Assembly: GCF_009914755.1 (NCBI RefSeq)
Contig: NC_060928.1
From: the human T2T-CHM13v2.0 reference genome, Homo sapiens
Direction: 5' to 3' (one strand)
Length of the DNA: 64,000 bases
The notes under the pieces are model-generated. The model saw only the letters and a list, made by a program, of their open reading frames with translations. It did no database searches and had not been told where the DNA came from. A program made the position numbers and the translations under genes. Shown in pieces: positions 12,447 to 31,620 of this stretch (the first letter of the stretch is position 1; each line of letters opens with the position of its first letter).

Positions 12447-12630
12447 GAGGCAATATAGCCTAGAGGTTAAGAGTGCCAACTCTCCAGTCAGGCTTTGAAT
12501 CTTGGTTCCGTCCTATCTAGTTGTGCCTTATTAATGTGCAAAATGAAAAAAACAAAGAACACCCTTGTGATTCAACATAAGTCAAGCACTTAGAACAATA
12601 TATAGTACAGAGAAAGCACTATATAAATTC
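12447..12630 (+). mobile_element. MIR SINE
   Basis: GAGGCAATATAGCCTAGAGGTTAAGAGTGC start; AAGCACTTAGAACA near the end. Confidence 0.7.
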
Positions 12631-13346
12631 TTATTTTCCTCTTTTGTCTGAGATATTGTATTCCTAAAATCTAGGTTAACATAATGTTACTTGTTTCCCC
12701 CTATTGGAAGAGAGGTATACATAGCAAATTCATATGGATTCATGAGACACTTGTAATAAGGAAGGTAAAATTGTTAGTATAGTTTTATGTAAGTTACTGG
12801 CAAACCAAGTATCCTTTCTTCAACTGTATACAGGAGTTCTTGAAAATACACTAAAGTTATATTTTTTAATGCACTCAGAAGAAATAGAAAACCTTCAATT
12901 TATATTCACTTAGAGTGCCTGAGGCATTTTTACTCTAGCCTAAATTTGATAATTATGCATTTTTGAATTTTTATAAAATTGTGGACAAAGTAAATTTTAT
13001 TTTGTTTGTTCTTATTTGTCTAGCACCATTCTATCTTCATGATATATTAGATTTAAATTGGGACAAAAATCAACGTATCTTTTTATAGTTTAAAATCAAG
13101 TTTTATGTTCTGTACTTATCCAAAATAGGGCAGCCTCATTTTTTTTTAAATAGGAGACAGGCCTTGTGTAGGAGCTACGTAAGGTCAATTAGAAGTAATC
13201 AGGCCAATTAGAAGGCGTTCTTTTGAATTCTGTGTGAATGTGTGTTCATTTGATGACTAGGTAATATTTAACTATAGAAAATAAATATAATTATGTTTTC
13301 CCTAAGTATAGAATGATCAGAAATATTAGAAAAGAGATTCTTTCAG

Positions 13347-13380
13347 GTGCTGCTGGATTAAAAAATAACTGAATTATATG
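13347..13380 (+). other. Candidate short non-coding exon
   Basis: TTCTTTCAG| acceptor and ATG|GTGAGT donor; 34 nt, stops in all three frames. Confidence 0.3.
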
Positions 13381-13421
13381 GTGAGTGAATCATAATTACT
13401 ATTAATAGGATGATTACTTCT

Positions 13422-13435
13422 GTTGCCATGACAGC
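13422..13435. promoter_or_regulatory. RFX X-box-like motif
   Basis: GTTGCCATGACAGC, 12/14 match to the palindromic X-box GTTGCCATGGCAAC. Confidence 0.35.
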
Positions 13436-13699
13436 AATTATCAGCTTTAACTGAGTTAGACACATTTTGATTGGCATTATTAAACCAAGGATCAAAACAA
13501 TCAAAATGGGTTAAATTTTTTATTTTTCAAAAATCATATTTAGAGGTGTTGAGAATTGATGCAAGTACTCTTCAAGTAATGCACACGTCTCTTACAAATA
13601 TCACTTAGAATTAGCACATTTCATACTAATTTCTACTTTGTCCAAATGGCTAATTGTCATCTATCCCAGCCTCATTGTACATATAAAAAAATACTTTCA

Positions 13700-14028
<329 letters not shown>

Positions 14029-15192
14029 CTATGCAGTGTTCTATAATTTTGAGGTCAAGGAAATGGAATACTGTATTTAAAATTTTATTTCATACCTAAT
14101 AAATGGTGGCTCCTTAATATCTATTTGTATGATCAATGCATAAATAAAATATTAAGACATACTCTCTAATTTTCTAGTTTCCAAGAAACAAAGCATAGAC
14201 AAATACTTAAATTTAAAAAGCTTATATATGGTTCTTATTTCAGAGGCAAGATAAAAACTGATATAGAAGTTCAAAGAATAGGAGAAGGCTTCTAACTCAG
14301 TAGACATTGGGAAGGTTTTGTGAAAGCAGTGGATAGAAGCTAGATTGAAATCCAGTGTTGTGTTTAAATAAAGGAGTGAATACTCCAGATAATCAGCTGT
14401 ACCTTTTCAATGTCACTGACATGAGCAAGACCAGACATATTAGGCCCAATTTTGTAGGATATTGAATGTGGAGTTAAAGATTTTTAACTTTATTCTGGAA
14501 TATTTTTATTTGGACCTAAACATACTATTCAATCTTTGTAAAGTTATCACTGAATCTGTTTTAAATTCAAGGTTTTTACTTTCTTTGTAGGTTATATGCC
14601 CATTATATTTATACAATCAATCATCTTTTTTCATTGCAATAAAATCAATGAATATTATATGTCCATTCTTTCTTTCCTGACTATTTTTATACCTGTCAAT
14701 TCTTGTGCATGAACTAATTTATTTATATTTCAACATAAATTAGATGTTTTTTAGAGTTTAAGAAAGATACTTAGACATCTGTTATAATCAGTGAAAGAAG
14801 GGTTACTGATTTATTACTTATTTATCTCAAAAAAACAAAAACTTGAGAATGCATTACCAAAGATAAAATTTGCCTTTATATATATATATAAAGTTTATAT
14901 ATATTGTCATATATATAAACTTGGTTTACTCACCCCCATGCAAGTCCTGTCCTGCAGTCAGAAATTTTGTCAAAATCAGGCAAAAAGAGCCTAATTTTTT
15001 AACTTCTTTTTCTGTCAAAATTATTTCAACCTCTAAAAATATGTAGCATGTAATATCTCACTGATATCTACTTTATTTCACTTAACTCATTCGTCTCTAT
15101 TCTTATTTGGGGTTTTGAAGGTAGAGACTAAGATAGAACAAATTTATTTGTCAGTAAAGGTATTTGAAGGTTCAGGGCAAACTCTAGATTGG

Positions 15193-15238
15193 GGAGAGAG
15201 AGAGAGACAGAGACTGACAGAGGAGAGAGAAAGAGAGC
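15193..15238. repeat. (GA)n microsatellite
   Basis: Imperfect GAGA run. Confidence 0.85.
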
Positions 15239-15325
15239 ACAAGTGCCAAGGGAAATGTAGAAAGAAATTTTAAGTGGTTCACTGTAAAGTGTGAAATAAA
15301 AATGGTCTCTTTCTTCTCTCCCTAG

Positions 15326-15365
15326 AATCTTTAGTAAATTCGAGTTTGCTGAGCAGTGCTTGTCT
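15326..15365 (+). other. Candidate 40-nt exon
   Basis: Strong polypyrimidine acceptor TCTCTTTCTTCTCTCCCTAG| and donor TCT|GTGAGT. Confidence 0.35.
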
Positions 15366-15530
15366 GTGAGTGAATTTATTTGAGAGCACTAAAAGTATTC
15401 CAAAAGGAACCAACTAACATTTGAGTGGATTTTAATATGATCAAAAATTCTCTTTTGAATTTATATTATGTGTCAGGAAGCCTCTGGGGATAGAGAGTCC
15501 ATTAAAATGAGCAGTGTGCTCTTTTGCATA

Positions 15531-16061
15531 GTGGGATAGGCAGAGTTTAAAGATGACCCCCAATGACCCATTCTTTATATCATTCCGCTCTTCTTTAGTG
15601 TCAACAGGATTTCACTCCCTTGATTGGGTTACTAATCAGTTGACTTTGACGTTATCAAAAGAGACATAATTCTGGGTGGATCTTACCCAATCAGAAGAAC
15701 GTTTAAAAGAGATGAAGCACTTCCTAAAAGAGATTCAAAGCATAAAAAGGTCCATGGAGGAACCACATAGTAAGTGCCTGAGAGTGGCATGTCAGAGCTA
15801 AGAGCAGTTCTGGGACAATAGATAGAGAAGAAATGGGGACCTCAGTCATGTCGCTGCAAAAAAAAATGAATTTTCCCAAAGACATGAGGATGTAAATGCA
15901 CTTGGCTGATATTTTGATTTCAGCTGTGTGAAAACCTTAGCAGAGAACCCAATATACTATAGCCAGACTCTTGATCTATGGAAACTGTGAGATAATAACT
16001 TTTTTATTTTATAAGCCTCTAAAATGGTGGTAGTTTGTTCACAGAAATAAAAATCTAACAC
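15531..16061 (+). mobile_element. MLT1-family (ERVL-MaLR) solo LTR
   Basis: AAGATGACCCCCAATGA, GGGTGGATCTTACCCAATCAG, GGAAACTGTGAGATAATAA; ends AAAATCTAACACA. Confidence 0.75.
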
Positions 16062-16253
16062 AAGGAGTCCACTGCCTTCTCTTAGTGTCTTTGTTTATCT
16101 GTGTTGTTACTCTTATTATTATTATTATTTTAATTTAAGGTCATCAATGAAGATAATCCAATTGGTTGGCCAGTAATTATCCAGTATTGAGTACCCATTA
16201 GTGGATCTCTGCAGCCATGCCATTTCAAAAGCTGGTGACCTATAGTTAGGTAG

Positions 16254-16617
<364 letters not shown>

Positions 16618-17538
16618 TATTTTAAGCATTTGTAATGCATTAATTCATCTAATCATCACAACCATTATAATCAACTTCATCTTATGGATGGGATAACTCA
16701 AGTATAAGGAAGTTAAATAATTTCCCCTAGATCACACAGCTATTAAGCAACAAAACTAGGGTTCGAATATCTAGGCAGTCTCATTTTAGAATGTGCGAAT
16801 TTAACTACATACTGCCTCTTCTGACAGACCGTTGACGACTATTACCTGTGAAGGTCCCAGCCACATTTGCACATGTCATATTGTGAAGTCATAGCTTCCT
16901 TAGTTTTCTGATAAGTTGCAGAGGTTGCAATGTGGGAGATTTTCTTGCTACTTAAGAAATACTTTGTAAATCTCACAATGATTAAGAAGTCTGAGAAGCT
17001 CTGACAGCTCTCAGCAAAATTTTAGAAATCCAGGTGAAAAATCAGTGTTTTTGAAAATGTATGTTTATATTACAGATGACTATAAAAATTGCAAATCCTT
17101 AAATTATGAATGACCAATATCTAAAATTTCACATCAACAAGAAGAAATATATTAAACATTCAGATGGATTGGCTTTTTACAAGATTTTCAATATTTGGAA
17201 TTTTTGTCATAAGTAAAATCTAATGTTAATACGTATGTGATTCATGGTAGTTCCTATTTTAGAACTTTCTAACCTGTCATTATGAGATATTTTTATCTGT
17301 CTTGCTCCCATGCTTTTCTGTGCATGTCACTGACTAAAATAATTTACATAAGAAAAAATTCAATTTGTAAAGAAAGGACACATTCAGAGAATAATTTTTA
17401 TTAATATTATCTTCATGATAACATATCAATTTGTTTATAAATAAAGCCGTGTGGCCTCATTACTGACTTAGAGAATACTTGGCAGGTACTCATTTTTGTC
17501 TCTCTTGGCTAATGGTTAATGCAGTGCACCTGTTTTAG

Positions 17539-17867
<329 letters not shown>

Positions 17868-18699
17868 AGCCATAAAATACTTTTTATATATTTTGGTATA
17901 ATTACTATTATAACTATACATGTGTTTTCATATCCATTTAATATCCATAATCTGTCACCACATTTTACTTTTAAAATTTTATTTACACATTAATGTTCCA
18001 TTTACATTTTGTAAAATAAGTGCAAATTAACTAAAGTATTATACCAAAATGAATTGCAGCTCTAGCATGTGTTAGATATTGTGCTAAGGAGGGGATATAT
18101 GGTAATAAAAATGCTTAATCCATAACACCATGCATATTTTAACTTAAAAACCCTAATATCTCTATATATTTTTGTTTCTGCATATATTACACACACAACT
18201 GTGTGCGTATATATATATTTATGTGCATATATATGTATGCAATTTTACATTTTGGTAAATGACAAAAGAAAAACAACAAAGTTAATGAAAGATAGTAAGA
18301 GGAAAACCTCTTTAAACTAAAGGGTAGAAGGTTAGGGGAGATCTTTAAGCAGAGGTAAAAATTTAACATGAAACCAGATATTTGGAAAAAAAAAGGAAAT
18401 GTGTTTGAGAAAGAAGATATGGAATGTGCCAAGATTCTGAGGTGGGAAACTCCTGGAGCCTAGTAAAGTGGACGGTGTGATTGGAAGGGAGTAATGAACA
18501 AGGCAGAGAATACCAGGAAATAGACATGGAGAGGTAGGAAATCCCATTCATGGAGAATGCACTGTACCTGTTGTAGTACAGGTTTTAGAGGCTTTATTTT
18601 CATTATTGTAGAAAAGCAAACACTAAAATGACTCAAGTTTCTCTTCTATCTAATAATTACCTTCATCTGAGTTTACTTCTAAAATTGTGTTATAGTGTT

Positions 18700-19070
18700 C
18701 TGCACAGACCTTACATCTTTCATAAAAATTATCTCAAAATGGATTATAAGTATAAATGTAAAATGCAGAACTTTAAAAATTCTGCAAGAAAACATATGAG
18801 AAAATATACATGACCTTAAATTTGTTGATGAGTTTTAGATACAGTACCAAAAACCTTATTCATGAAAGAAAAATCTTGACAAGTTGGACTTCATTGAAAT
18901 TAAAAATATCTACTCTGCAAAATAAAGTTAAATAATAAAAATATTAGCCATGGACTGGGATAAAATATTCATAAAATACATACTTGAAAAGCACTTATAT
19001 CCAAACTACATAAAAGAACTCTTAAAACTCAAGAAAACAACCCAGTTGAAAAATGGACAAAAGATCTAAA
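18700..19070 (+). mobile_element. L1MC ORF2 3' part (host element, left piece)
   Basis: CACAGACCTTACATCTTTCATAAAAATTATCTCAAAATGGAT...AAATGGACAAAAGATCT; the element resumes at about 23040. Confidence 0.75.
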
Positions 19071-23040
<3,970 letters not shown>

Positions 23041-23049
23041 GGCATCTCA

Positions 23050-23059
23050 TACACACATA

Positions 23060-23096
<37 letters not shown>
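23050..23096. repeat. (CA)n microsatellite
   Basis: Visible CA run. Confidence 0.95.
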
Positions 23097-23099
<3 letters not shown>

Positions 23100-23258
23100 T
23101 AGCAAGTAAGCATATGAAGAGACTCAACAATATTTGCATTAGGGCCATACAAATTCAACAATAATTACATATCTCTCAGCACCTATTAGAATGGCTAAAG
23201 TCCAAAACCTGATAGTACAATAGCTGACAAGAATATAGAGTTTAAAAATACTGGAATT

Positions 23259-23570
<312 letters not shown>

Positions 23571-23824
23571 TTAAGTAGATGGTTGGTTAATGATGGAAGC
23601 CAGGATTGAAATGATAGGCCAGGGATGATCCTGGAACAATCCAGGTATTTACAGATTAGAGTTAGGACAGCACTATGAATTTATGTTTAGCTAAGTGGGT
23701 TATTAGACACACATATATTTCCTCGGTCTCTCAACTGAGAGGACCTAGAGGCAATGACACACTAACAAGCACACTAGAGCTCAGGTCTTGGTTTTTAATA
23801 TTATTCTCCAATGAAAGGAACCAG

Positions 23825-24149
23825 GGCCGGGCATGGTGGCTCATGCCTGTAATCCCGGCACTTTGGGAGGTTGAGGCCAGTGATCACTTGAGGCCAGGAG
23901 TTCGAGATCAGCATGGCCAACATGGCGAAACCCTGTCTCTACTGAAAATATAAAAAATTAGCCGGGTGTGGTGGTGCGTGTCTGCAGTCCCAGCTACTTG
24001 GGAGCTGAGACAGGAGAATCACTCAAACCTGGCAGTTGGAGGTTGCAGTGAGTTGAGATCACACAACTGTGCTCCAGCCTAGGCGACAGAGTGAGACTCT
24101 GTCTCAAAAAAAACAACAACAGAAAACAAAACAATAACAACAAAAAACA
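23825..24149 (+). mobile_element. Older AluS/J (AluSz-like)
   Basis: GATCACTTGAGGCCAGGAGTTCGAGA and a mixed A/C tail. Imperfect TSD GAACC(A/G)GG. Confidence 0.95.
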
Positions 24150-26059
24150 CGAACCGGGACTCCTTGGATAAATGTCTGATTCTAAGACTTAGGCAGGAAG
24201 TATACAAGATAATCTTGGAGCATTATGTGTTATAGTGCCAGAAACTAAGGGCGTGTTCTGAGAGACAACAGCAAGAAAAAAGAAAAGAAAACAAAACAAC
24301 ACACATATTGTAGTAAGTCAAAAAGGCAACTGAAAGAGCTCCAGTGTTCAATGCTAGAACAATTTAAACAACAAGATAAACAAAATAGTATTGGATTATA
24401 ATCCAAAGTATAAGATAAATACCCACATATGCACTCATATATAAAGGAATAAACAAATAAATGAGGCAAATCTCAGCATAAAATTGCAACTAATTTATTT
24501 AGGTATTTATCCCTCAAGGAGATACAACATAATCCCTACACCTTAGGTTTAAGTATAAGCTGCACACAGGGATTTTCTCCTAGAGTGTGGCAAGAGGAGA
24601 AAAACTAACTTTATAGCAGAGAAACTGGAAAAACACTACCTCAGTCAGGTGAGCAATGTCAACATAAACAACGTTGAGTCATGTTGATAGTGTGAATCCT
24701 TGGATAAGATTGGCACTTCACCTCGATGGTTTTTCTCAGAAAAACTCATAACTTCAGAATCTAATCTTATAAAAACATCATATAAATCCCAAGTAAGCTA
24801 CAATCTGCAAAATACCTCAACAGTACCCCTCAAAACTATCAAAGTCATTCAAAAACAAGGATTGTCTGAGAAACTGTCACAGCTTAAGAGGACCTTAGGA
24901 GACATGATGGTCAAATGTAATGTGGTATCCTGGATGGGTTTCTGAAACAGAAAAAGGATATTAGGTAAAAACTAAGAAAAATATGAAAAAAGATATCGAC
25001 TTTAGTTAATAATGTATCAATATTAATTATTATTACAAATGCACTATACAAATATAAGATATTATTGTGGATACTGGAACTGGTATGCATGGGGATTCTA
25101 TACTACCTTTACAATTTTTTGGTAACTCTATTCTAAAATAAAAATTATTAGAAAAAATTAAGTGCTTAATGAAAATGAAAAGGTTCCCTGACATTCTCTA
25201 TAGAGGTGGGTACACACTTTGCCATAGAGCTCTTTATGATATCAATTTTCTCTTTTGCTCTTGCTTCTGTCTACTCTATAGAATTTTAAAAGCTGGGTTG
25301 AATTTAATCACTGTATAAATCACATAAATCAAGTAGAAATTATTGCTAAAATTTTTCTGTGAATCAGAAACTATTCTAAAATAAAACATCTGAAAATTCG
25401 GGGTGTAGTTTTATATTTTTTCTAAAATTTGAAGGCTTGATTTGGTTCACATTTTAAGCCATTTCTACGTTTTTAGTTGTCACATGTTTTGAAAGACTGT
25501 GACAGTACTAATATTTTAACCAAGGGGGAGGAAAAAGTCCTTTTTCTTTTCCCAATAGTTTAAGTTTACTTACTAAGAAGGGCTACGAGAGATGTGACTA
25601 CAAAAGAAAATACGTTTTCAGTTTAATCTTAGAAAGTTTCAAGAACAAAAGTTGGAGGAACCCTAGAGCTCTAGGATTCACTTTCGATGACCATTCCTAG
25701 AAGGTTCACTTTTTTGGATCACCTGACTTTCAATATTGCCTCACTTTCTGTCTCTAAAGGGATAACGGCTTTATTCTACCTCACACTTATCACTGTTAGC
25801 AGACCAATCAGCTTATTGTAGGTTTTCTGTTCTAGGCCTTTACTTAAGTTACTCCTTAAGTCTAGAAATCTCTTCTTTTCTTTAAAAATCAGTTTTCATC
25901 TTTTCCAGAAAGTCTTTTCTGAGTCCTAAAGTTTGTTTATAATACTTTCTGCTGTCTTGGTAGTTTCCATATAACCAACATTCATTAAGTAAGAAAATAT
26001 CTATTAAGTTTCTCCTGGGTATCAGATACTCAATATGCTGGGCACCTATTCATGGTTTC

Positions 26060-26155
26060 TCAGCTGGAACTGTCAGCTCCTTGAGGGCAGAGATCATTTC
26101 CTATTAATCTTAACTCCAAGAACTTGGCAAATTCTTGACACATAGTAAGTGTTCT
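26060..26155 (+). mobile_element. L2 3' end fragment
   Basis: ACTGTCAGCTCCTTGAGGGCAGAGA...TGACACATAGTAAGTG. Confidence 0.6.
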
Positions 26156-27348
26156 GGGGGGAAAGAAAAGATTGTAGTCCTGAATAATAAAAAAAAAAAC
26201 AGCTTTCTCAGAATGCAAGATGTTCAAAACTAAAATGTCGTTCAGGGATTTATTCATTTCCATGATTTCATGACATGTAATTTTCTTTAGGACTATGATT
26301 TCCCTTAAACTCTTTCTGCTTAGAAATGTCCTTCACCGGCTCCTGAAGGACCTTTAGATGAATTTGACTTATGTGATAGAATAAGTGGTTGCCCACACCT
26401 TTCACACATCTGTGAACTGATCAAGAATTCAGATTATTTCTATCATCTGTCCAGATGGCTTGAAAAAAAAATGCAAATTTCTTTCTTATTGTTTTAAATG
26501 GATTGGATTTCTGTTTCTTAAAGGCAGTTTACAACAGATACTACTCTGTGTTTTATTATATGGAGCACTTATTTATGCAAGTATGTGTGTGTATATGTAT
26601 GTTTATTGCTTTACTTAGCAGAGCTAAAAAAGAACATTAAATAAAATTAAAATGTAGTTAAGATATGATTTTCCTAACATTTCCTGTTTAATTTTACAGA
26701 TATTATAATTGTGAGAGGTAGAGAAATGACTAGGCAAATAGGTATATTTCATTCATTTGGATTCCCCTAAATTTAGAATTGTGTTTTAGGCATGCATGCA
26801 AATTAAAAAATATATATATATTTGTATTGTATAGTGTGGCTTTGTAAAGTTTCTTTCAATAGATGGCAAACTAGGCATTACTTGCATCCTAGATATTTAA
26901 ATGATGCCTTTTTTTTGGTAGTTCTGTTCTCAGAGTATCTTCCAAAGTGATAAAATTGAACTTGAAGAATTTTTTTAAAAAACACAATGCAAACCTATGT
27001 TGGTGAGTGGTATTGGAAATTATTAATATTGCTTTTCTTCCAAAATCTCTAGCAATTCTAAAGTATTGTGTTTTTAAAAAAACAGAAGGAAATATCAAGT
27101 AAACCACCAGCAGGATACTCCAAAATTCCATTTATAACTCAGAAAATCTAAATAAAAATATATAATATCTCATTAAAAATTACGACAATAGTGACATAGA
27201 GAATGAACTGTGTTGTGCATAATGCTGAGCATTTTACACATAGATTTGCTCCTTTTACTTTCCCAACAAACCTCTGAAGTAGGTATACCCATTGTCCTCA
27301 CTATAGAGAGGAAGAACACTGAAACAATGAGAATCTGTCAAAGGTCAC

Positions 27349-27702
27349 TGTCGTTGCTCAGGCTGTTATAACAAATACCATAGACTAGGTAGCTTAAAAC
27401 CCAGAAATTTATTTTGTACAGTTTTGGAGGCTAGAAGTCCAAGATCAGGGTGCCAGCATGGTTGGGTTCTAGTGAGGGCCTTGCTCCTGGCTTGTTGATT
27501 GCCACTTTCTTGCTGTATCTTCACATGGTGGAGAGAAAGATCATTTCCCTTATTATGCAGGCACTAATTCTATTCATGAAGGCTCTACCCTCATGACCTA
27601 ATTACCTCCCAAAGTCTCCACCTCCAAATACCAAAACACTAGGGATAAAGGACTTAATATTTAAATTTGTGGGGAGGGGACACAAGTATTCAGTCTATAG
27701 TA
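27349..27702 (-). mobile_element. MLT1A-type solo LTR inserted in a MIR
   Basis: GCTCAGGCTGTTATAACAAATACCATAGACT...GAAGTCCAAGATCAGGGTGCCAGCATGG. 5-bp TSD GTCAC at 27344-27348 and 27703-27707. Confidence 0.88.
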
Positions 27703-29279
27703 GTCACATAGCAGATAATGAGGGCAGAATTCAATCCTGGAAGTGCTATACTTCCTCAAGAGATAAAGTTAATCATGTAGTTATCTGGCATATATATATA
27801 TGTAAAATAATCTGCATGTCCTATGCCTACACACATTTGTGGGTTCTCACATAACAGTTTAGTAATATTTGAAATTAGTGGTTATGTCCAATTATCTAAT
27901 TTAAGCAAGCATATTTACGACATAAAAGTTTCTCAATTACATTTGTTCATTTAAATCAATTAAAATTATGGAATATTACATACGTACATAGAATAGGGCC
28001 ATATGCACATATATGCCACATAATAATATGTTAAACATAATGGTCCTATTTTCAGTTGTAATTAATGAGAGCTTTTAATATAGTTGGCGTTGTCACTCAG
28101 CAGTTGCCATCGAATCTGTGTGAGTAACAGAAGAGGTATGGTTAGGGTAGAGAGAATATTTGAGGAAAGAATGGGTGAAAATTTCTCAAATTTGATGAAG
28201 GACATGAATATAACCATCCAAGAAGCTCAATAAACTACAAGTAAGAAGAACTCAAAGACACATACACATTATAATCAAACTTTTCGAAGACAGACAAAAT
28301 CTTGAAAGCATCAAGAGAAAAGCAATTTATTACATATGTGGGATCTTCAATAAAATTATCAACAGATTTCTCATCAGAATCTTTGGGAGACAGAGGACAG
28401 TGGGCCAATATATTCAAAGTGCTGAAAGGAAAAAAAAATTGTTGTCAACAAATAATTCTATATCTGGCAAAACTATCCTTCAAAAGTGAGGGAGGAAATT
28501 TAGACATTCCCAGATAAAAACTGAGGGAGTTTCTTATCACTATACCTACTTACTCTGTGAGAAATACTCAGTGAAGTCCTGCATAGTAAAATAGAAGGAC
28601 ACAAAATAATAACTTAAAAATAAGATGTGTGAAAAAATAAAGATTTAAATAAAGATAAGTACATGGACAATCATAAAAAGTGGTATTATTGTAACAATGG
28701 TTTGTAACTCCACTTTTGTTTGCTACATGATTTCAGAGACTACATAGATTCAGAAATACCAATGTGAAAACTAACATTATTGTAACTTTGGTTTGCAGCT
28801 CCACGTTTTATTTCTACATAAGTTTAATGACTAATGCATTTAGAAGAATTATTTTTTAATATGTTGGTCATGTAATGCATAAAGACACAATTCTGTGACC
28901 TTGCCAACCAAAATGGATGTGAATGTAGCTGAAAAGAAGCAGGGTTTGTGTATGTTATTGAAGTTTAGCTAGAATAAATTCAAATTAGAATGATATAACT
29001 TTAGGACATTAAATGTATACAAAAAAGGAAATGAGAAATTTCTTTCTCATTTTAAAAAAAATGTTTCACTACCAAAACCCAACTGAACACAAAGGAAGAT
29101 AGTAATGCAGGAAATGAGGGACAAGTAAGCATAAGGCATATCAAAAGATACAAATAGTAAAATGACATAAAGAAATACCTCCTTATTAGTAACTATGTTA
29201 AGTGTAAATGAATTAAACACCTGAATCAAAGGAGAGATTGGCAGAATGGACTAAAAAAAAAAAGAGGGTGATCGAGCTA

Positions 29280-29711
29280 CAGTTGACCCTTGAACAGCAT
29301 GGGCTTGAACTGCATGGGTTCACTTACATGCAGATTTTCTTCTACCTCTGCCACTTCTGAGACAGCAAGACCAACTGTTCCTCTTTCTCCTCCTGCTCAG
29401 CCTACTCAAAAGTGAAGACAATGAGGATAAAGACCTATATGATGATCTACTGCCACTCAAAGAGTGGTAAATGTTTTCTCTTCTTTATGATTTTCTGAAT
29501 AACGTTTTCTTTTCTCTGGCTTACTTTAAGAATACATTATATAATTTATATAATATACAAAATATGTGTTAATCAATTGTCTGTGCTATTGGTAAACTTT
29601 CGTCAAAAGTAAGCTATTAGTTAAGTGTGTGGGGAGTCAAGATTCATATGCAGATTTTCAACTGTGTGGGGTTCAGCACCCCTATACCCTGCACTGTTCG
29701 TGGGTAAAATG
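29280..29711 (+). mobile_element. Tigger2a (MER28) DNA transposon
   Basis: TIR CAGTTGACCCTTGAACA at the left and a degenerate inverted copy at the right. TA flanks both ends. Confidence 0.88.
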
Positions 29712-29922
29712 TATATGCTATCTATAAAGGAATCACTTTAGAACCAAAGACACAAATAGATACTTATGAAAGTCAAAGGATTAAAAATATATTCTAAGGA
29801 TTTAGTACCCAAAAGGGAGCAGGGGTGGCTACTATACTAATATTAGACAAAATAGACTTAACAATAAGATATAAAAATTTAAACAAGATATAACAATTAT
29901 AAGCATTTATGCACATAGTAAC

Positions 29923-30299
29923 TGTATTAGTTCATTGTTTCATTGCTATAAAGAAATACACCTCATGGTTCTTCAGGCCTATAGGAAGCATAGCAGCTTC
30001 TGCTTCTGGGGAGGCCTCAGGAAACCTCCAGTCATGGCAGAAGGCAAAGTGGGAGTGAGACGTCACACATGGTGCAAGAAGGAGCAAGAGAGGAGTGGGG
30101 GGAGGTGCTACACACTTTAAAATAACCAGATCTCATGAGAACTCACTATCACGAGGACAGTATTAAGGGGGACGGTGCTAAACCATTTGTGAGAAACTGC
30201 CCCCATGATCCAATCACCTCCCACCAGGCCCCACCTCCAACATTGGGGATTGCAATTCAACATGAGATTTGGTCAGGGACACAGATTGAAACTATATCA
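29923..30299 (-). mobile_element. MSTA-type (ERVL-MaLR) solo LTR
   Basis: TGTATTAG...CATTGCTATAAAGAAATAC...ACTATATCA. 5-bp TSD GTAAC at 29918-29922 and 30300-30304. Confidence 0.9.
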
Positions 30300-31394
30300 G
30301 TAACAGACTATCAAAATATATGAAACAAAAACACAGAATTTAGGGGAGAAATAAATACTTCAGTACTCTTCTCTCAATCAAGGATAGAACAACCAAACAG
30401 AAGATAAGCAGGGAAATGTTAGAATCAACACAATAAACCAAATAGATCTAACAGACGTATACACAGAAGACTTTACTCGACAACAGCAAACACATTCTTC
30501 TCAATTGCACATGGGATATTTTCCAAGATAGACTACAAATCTATCCTTAGAATACAAATTAAGTCAAATTTTGGTGTATATATGTATACGATGGAATATT
30601 ATTCAGATATATAGAGAAATTCTGATGTGCTTCAGCATGGATCAATCTAGACAACATCATGCTATGTGAAATAAGCCAATCATAAAATGACAAGTACTAT
30701 CTGATTCTACTTATATTAGATACTTGGAGTAAAATTATAAAGGCTGGAAACAGAATGGTGGTTGTAAGAGACTGAATGAAAAGGGAAAAGAGGGAGTTGT
30801 TCTTCAATGGCTACAAATCTTCAGTTTTACAAGATTCATTATGGAGTTGGATGGGGGCAATAGTTGTACAACATTATGAATGTATTTAATAGCACTGAAC
30901 TGCATACTCAAAAGTGGTAAAGATGCTAAATTTTATGTCATGTGTACCTTAACAGTATTTTTTTTAATTTTGGGGGAAAACATAGTTAACTTTTTGAGCT
31001 TTCTGCATTTTAAAATGTTATAGGTAATAATTCCAAGAATAATTTAAAAATCATTTCTATTTTCTAATAATTTCAATATTTGACTGGAAGTAGCATATTA
31101 TAGCATCGCTAGAACACAGATACATTACTAAGTAATGTAAAAACAATATTTTCCTTCTTTCCCTCAGTCTCTGGCAACCATCATTCTATTATCTCTATGA
31201 TTTTTACTACTGTGATTACTTCATATAAGTAGAATTTTACAGTATTTGTCATTTAGTGACCAGCCTATTCATATCTGCCTTGTTTTAAAGCAAACACTGT
31301 CAAGCAGAAAGATAAAATAGTCTGTAATATTAATGTTGATGTTAATAAGCATTGTGGAATATTAATGGTCATATTGATAAGTTCTCTGTAAGCA

Positions 31395-31620
31395 TTCTGG
31401 CACATAGAGGTCAAGGGCATAGTTTCTGGGACAGAATACCTAGGCTTGATGACAGCCTTTACCATTTATTTTTCTGAGTCAATTTCTTCACCTGAAAAAA
31501 GAATATAATAAAAATATATAACTCACAGACCTCTTATAACCATAGAGTGTATTAAAAGTGCTTACAATAATGTCTCACATGTTAGATCTATATGTGTCTA
31601 ATAACCTTATTACTATTATT
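31395..31620 (+). mobile_element. MIR SINE
   Basis: GGCACATAGAGGTCAAGGGCATAG, CTGAGTCAATTTCTTCACCTG, AAAGTGCTTACAATAATG. Confidence 0.6.

Larger units (their letters stand above)
28135..30975 (+). mobile_element. Old L1M (ORF1 part, ORF2 start, then 3' UTR), interrupted by Tigger2a and MSTA
   Basis: ORF1 remnant 28302-28517 (KASREKQFITY...DFSSE...QWANIFKVLK). ORF2 endonuclease remnants at 29150-30550. L1M tail CACTGAACTGCATACTCAAAAGTGG. Confidence 0.8.

Noticed and set aside
14877-14920. Perfect AT-rich inverted repeat
   Set aside because: A trivial consequence of (TA)n microsatellite self-complementarity.
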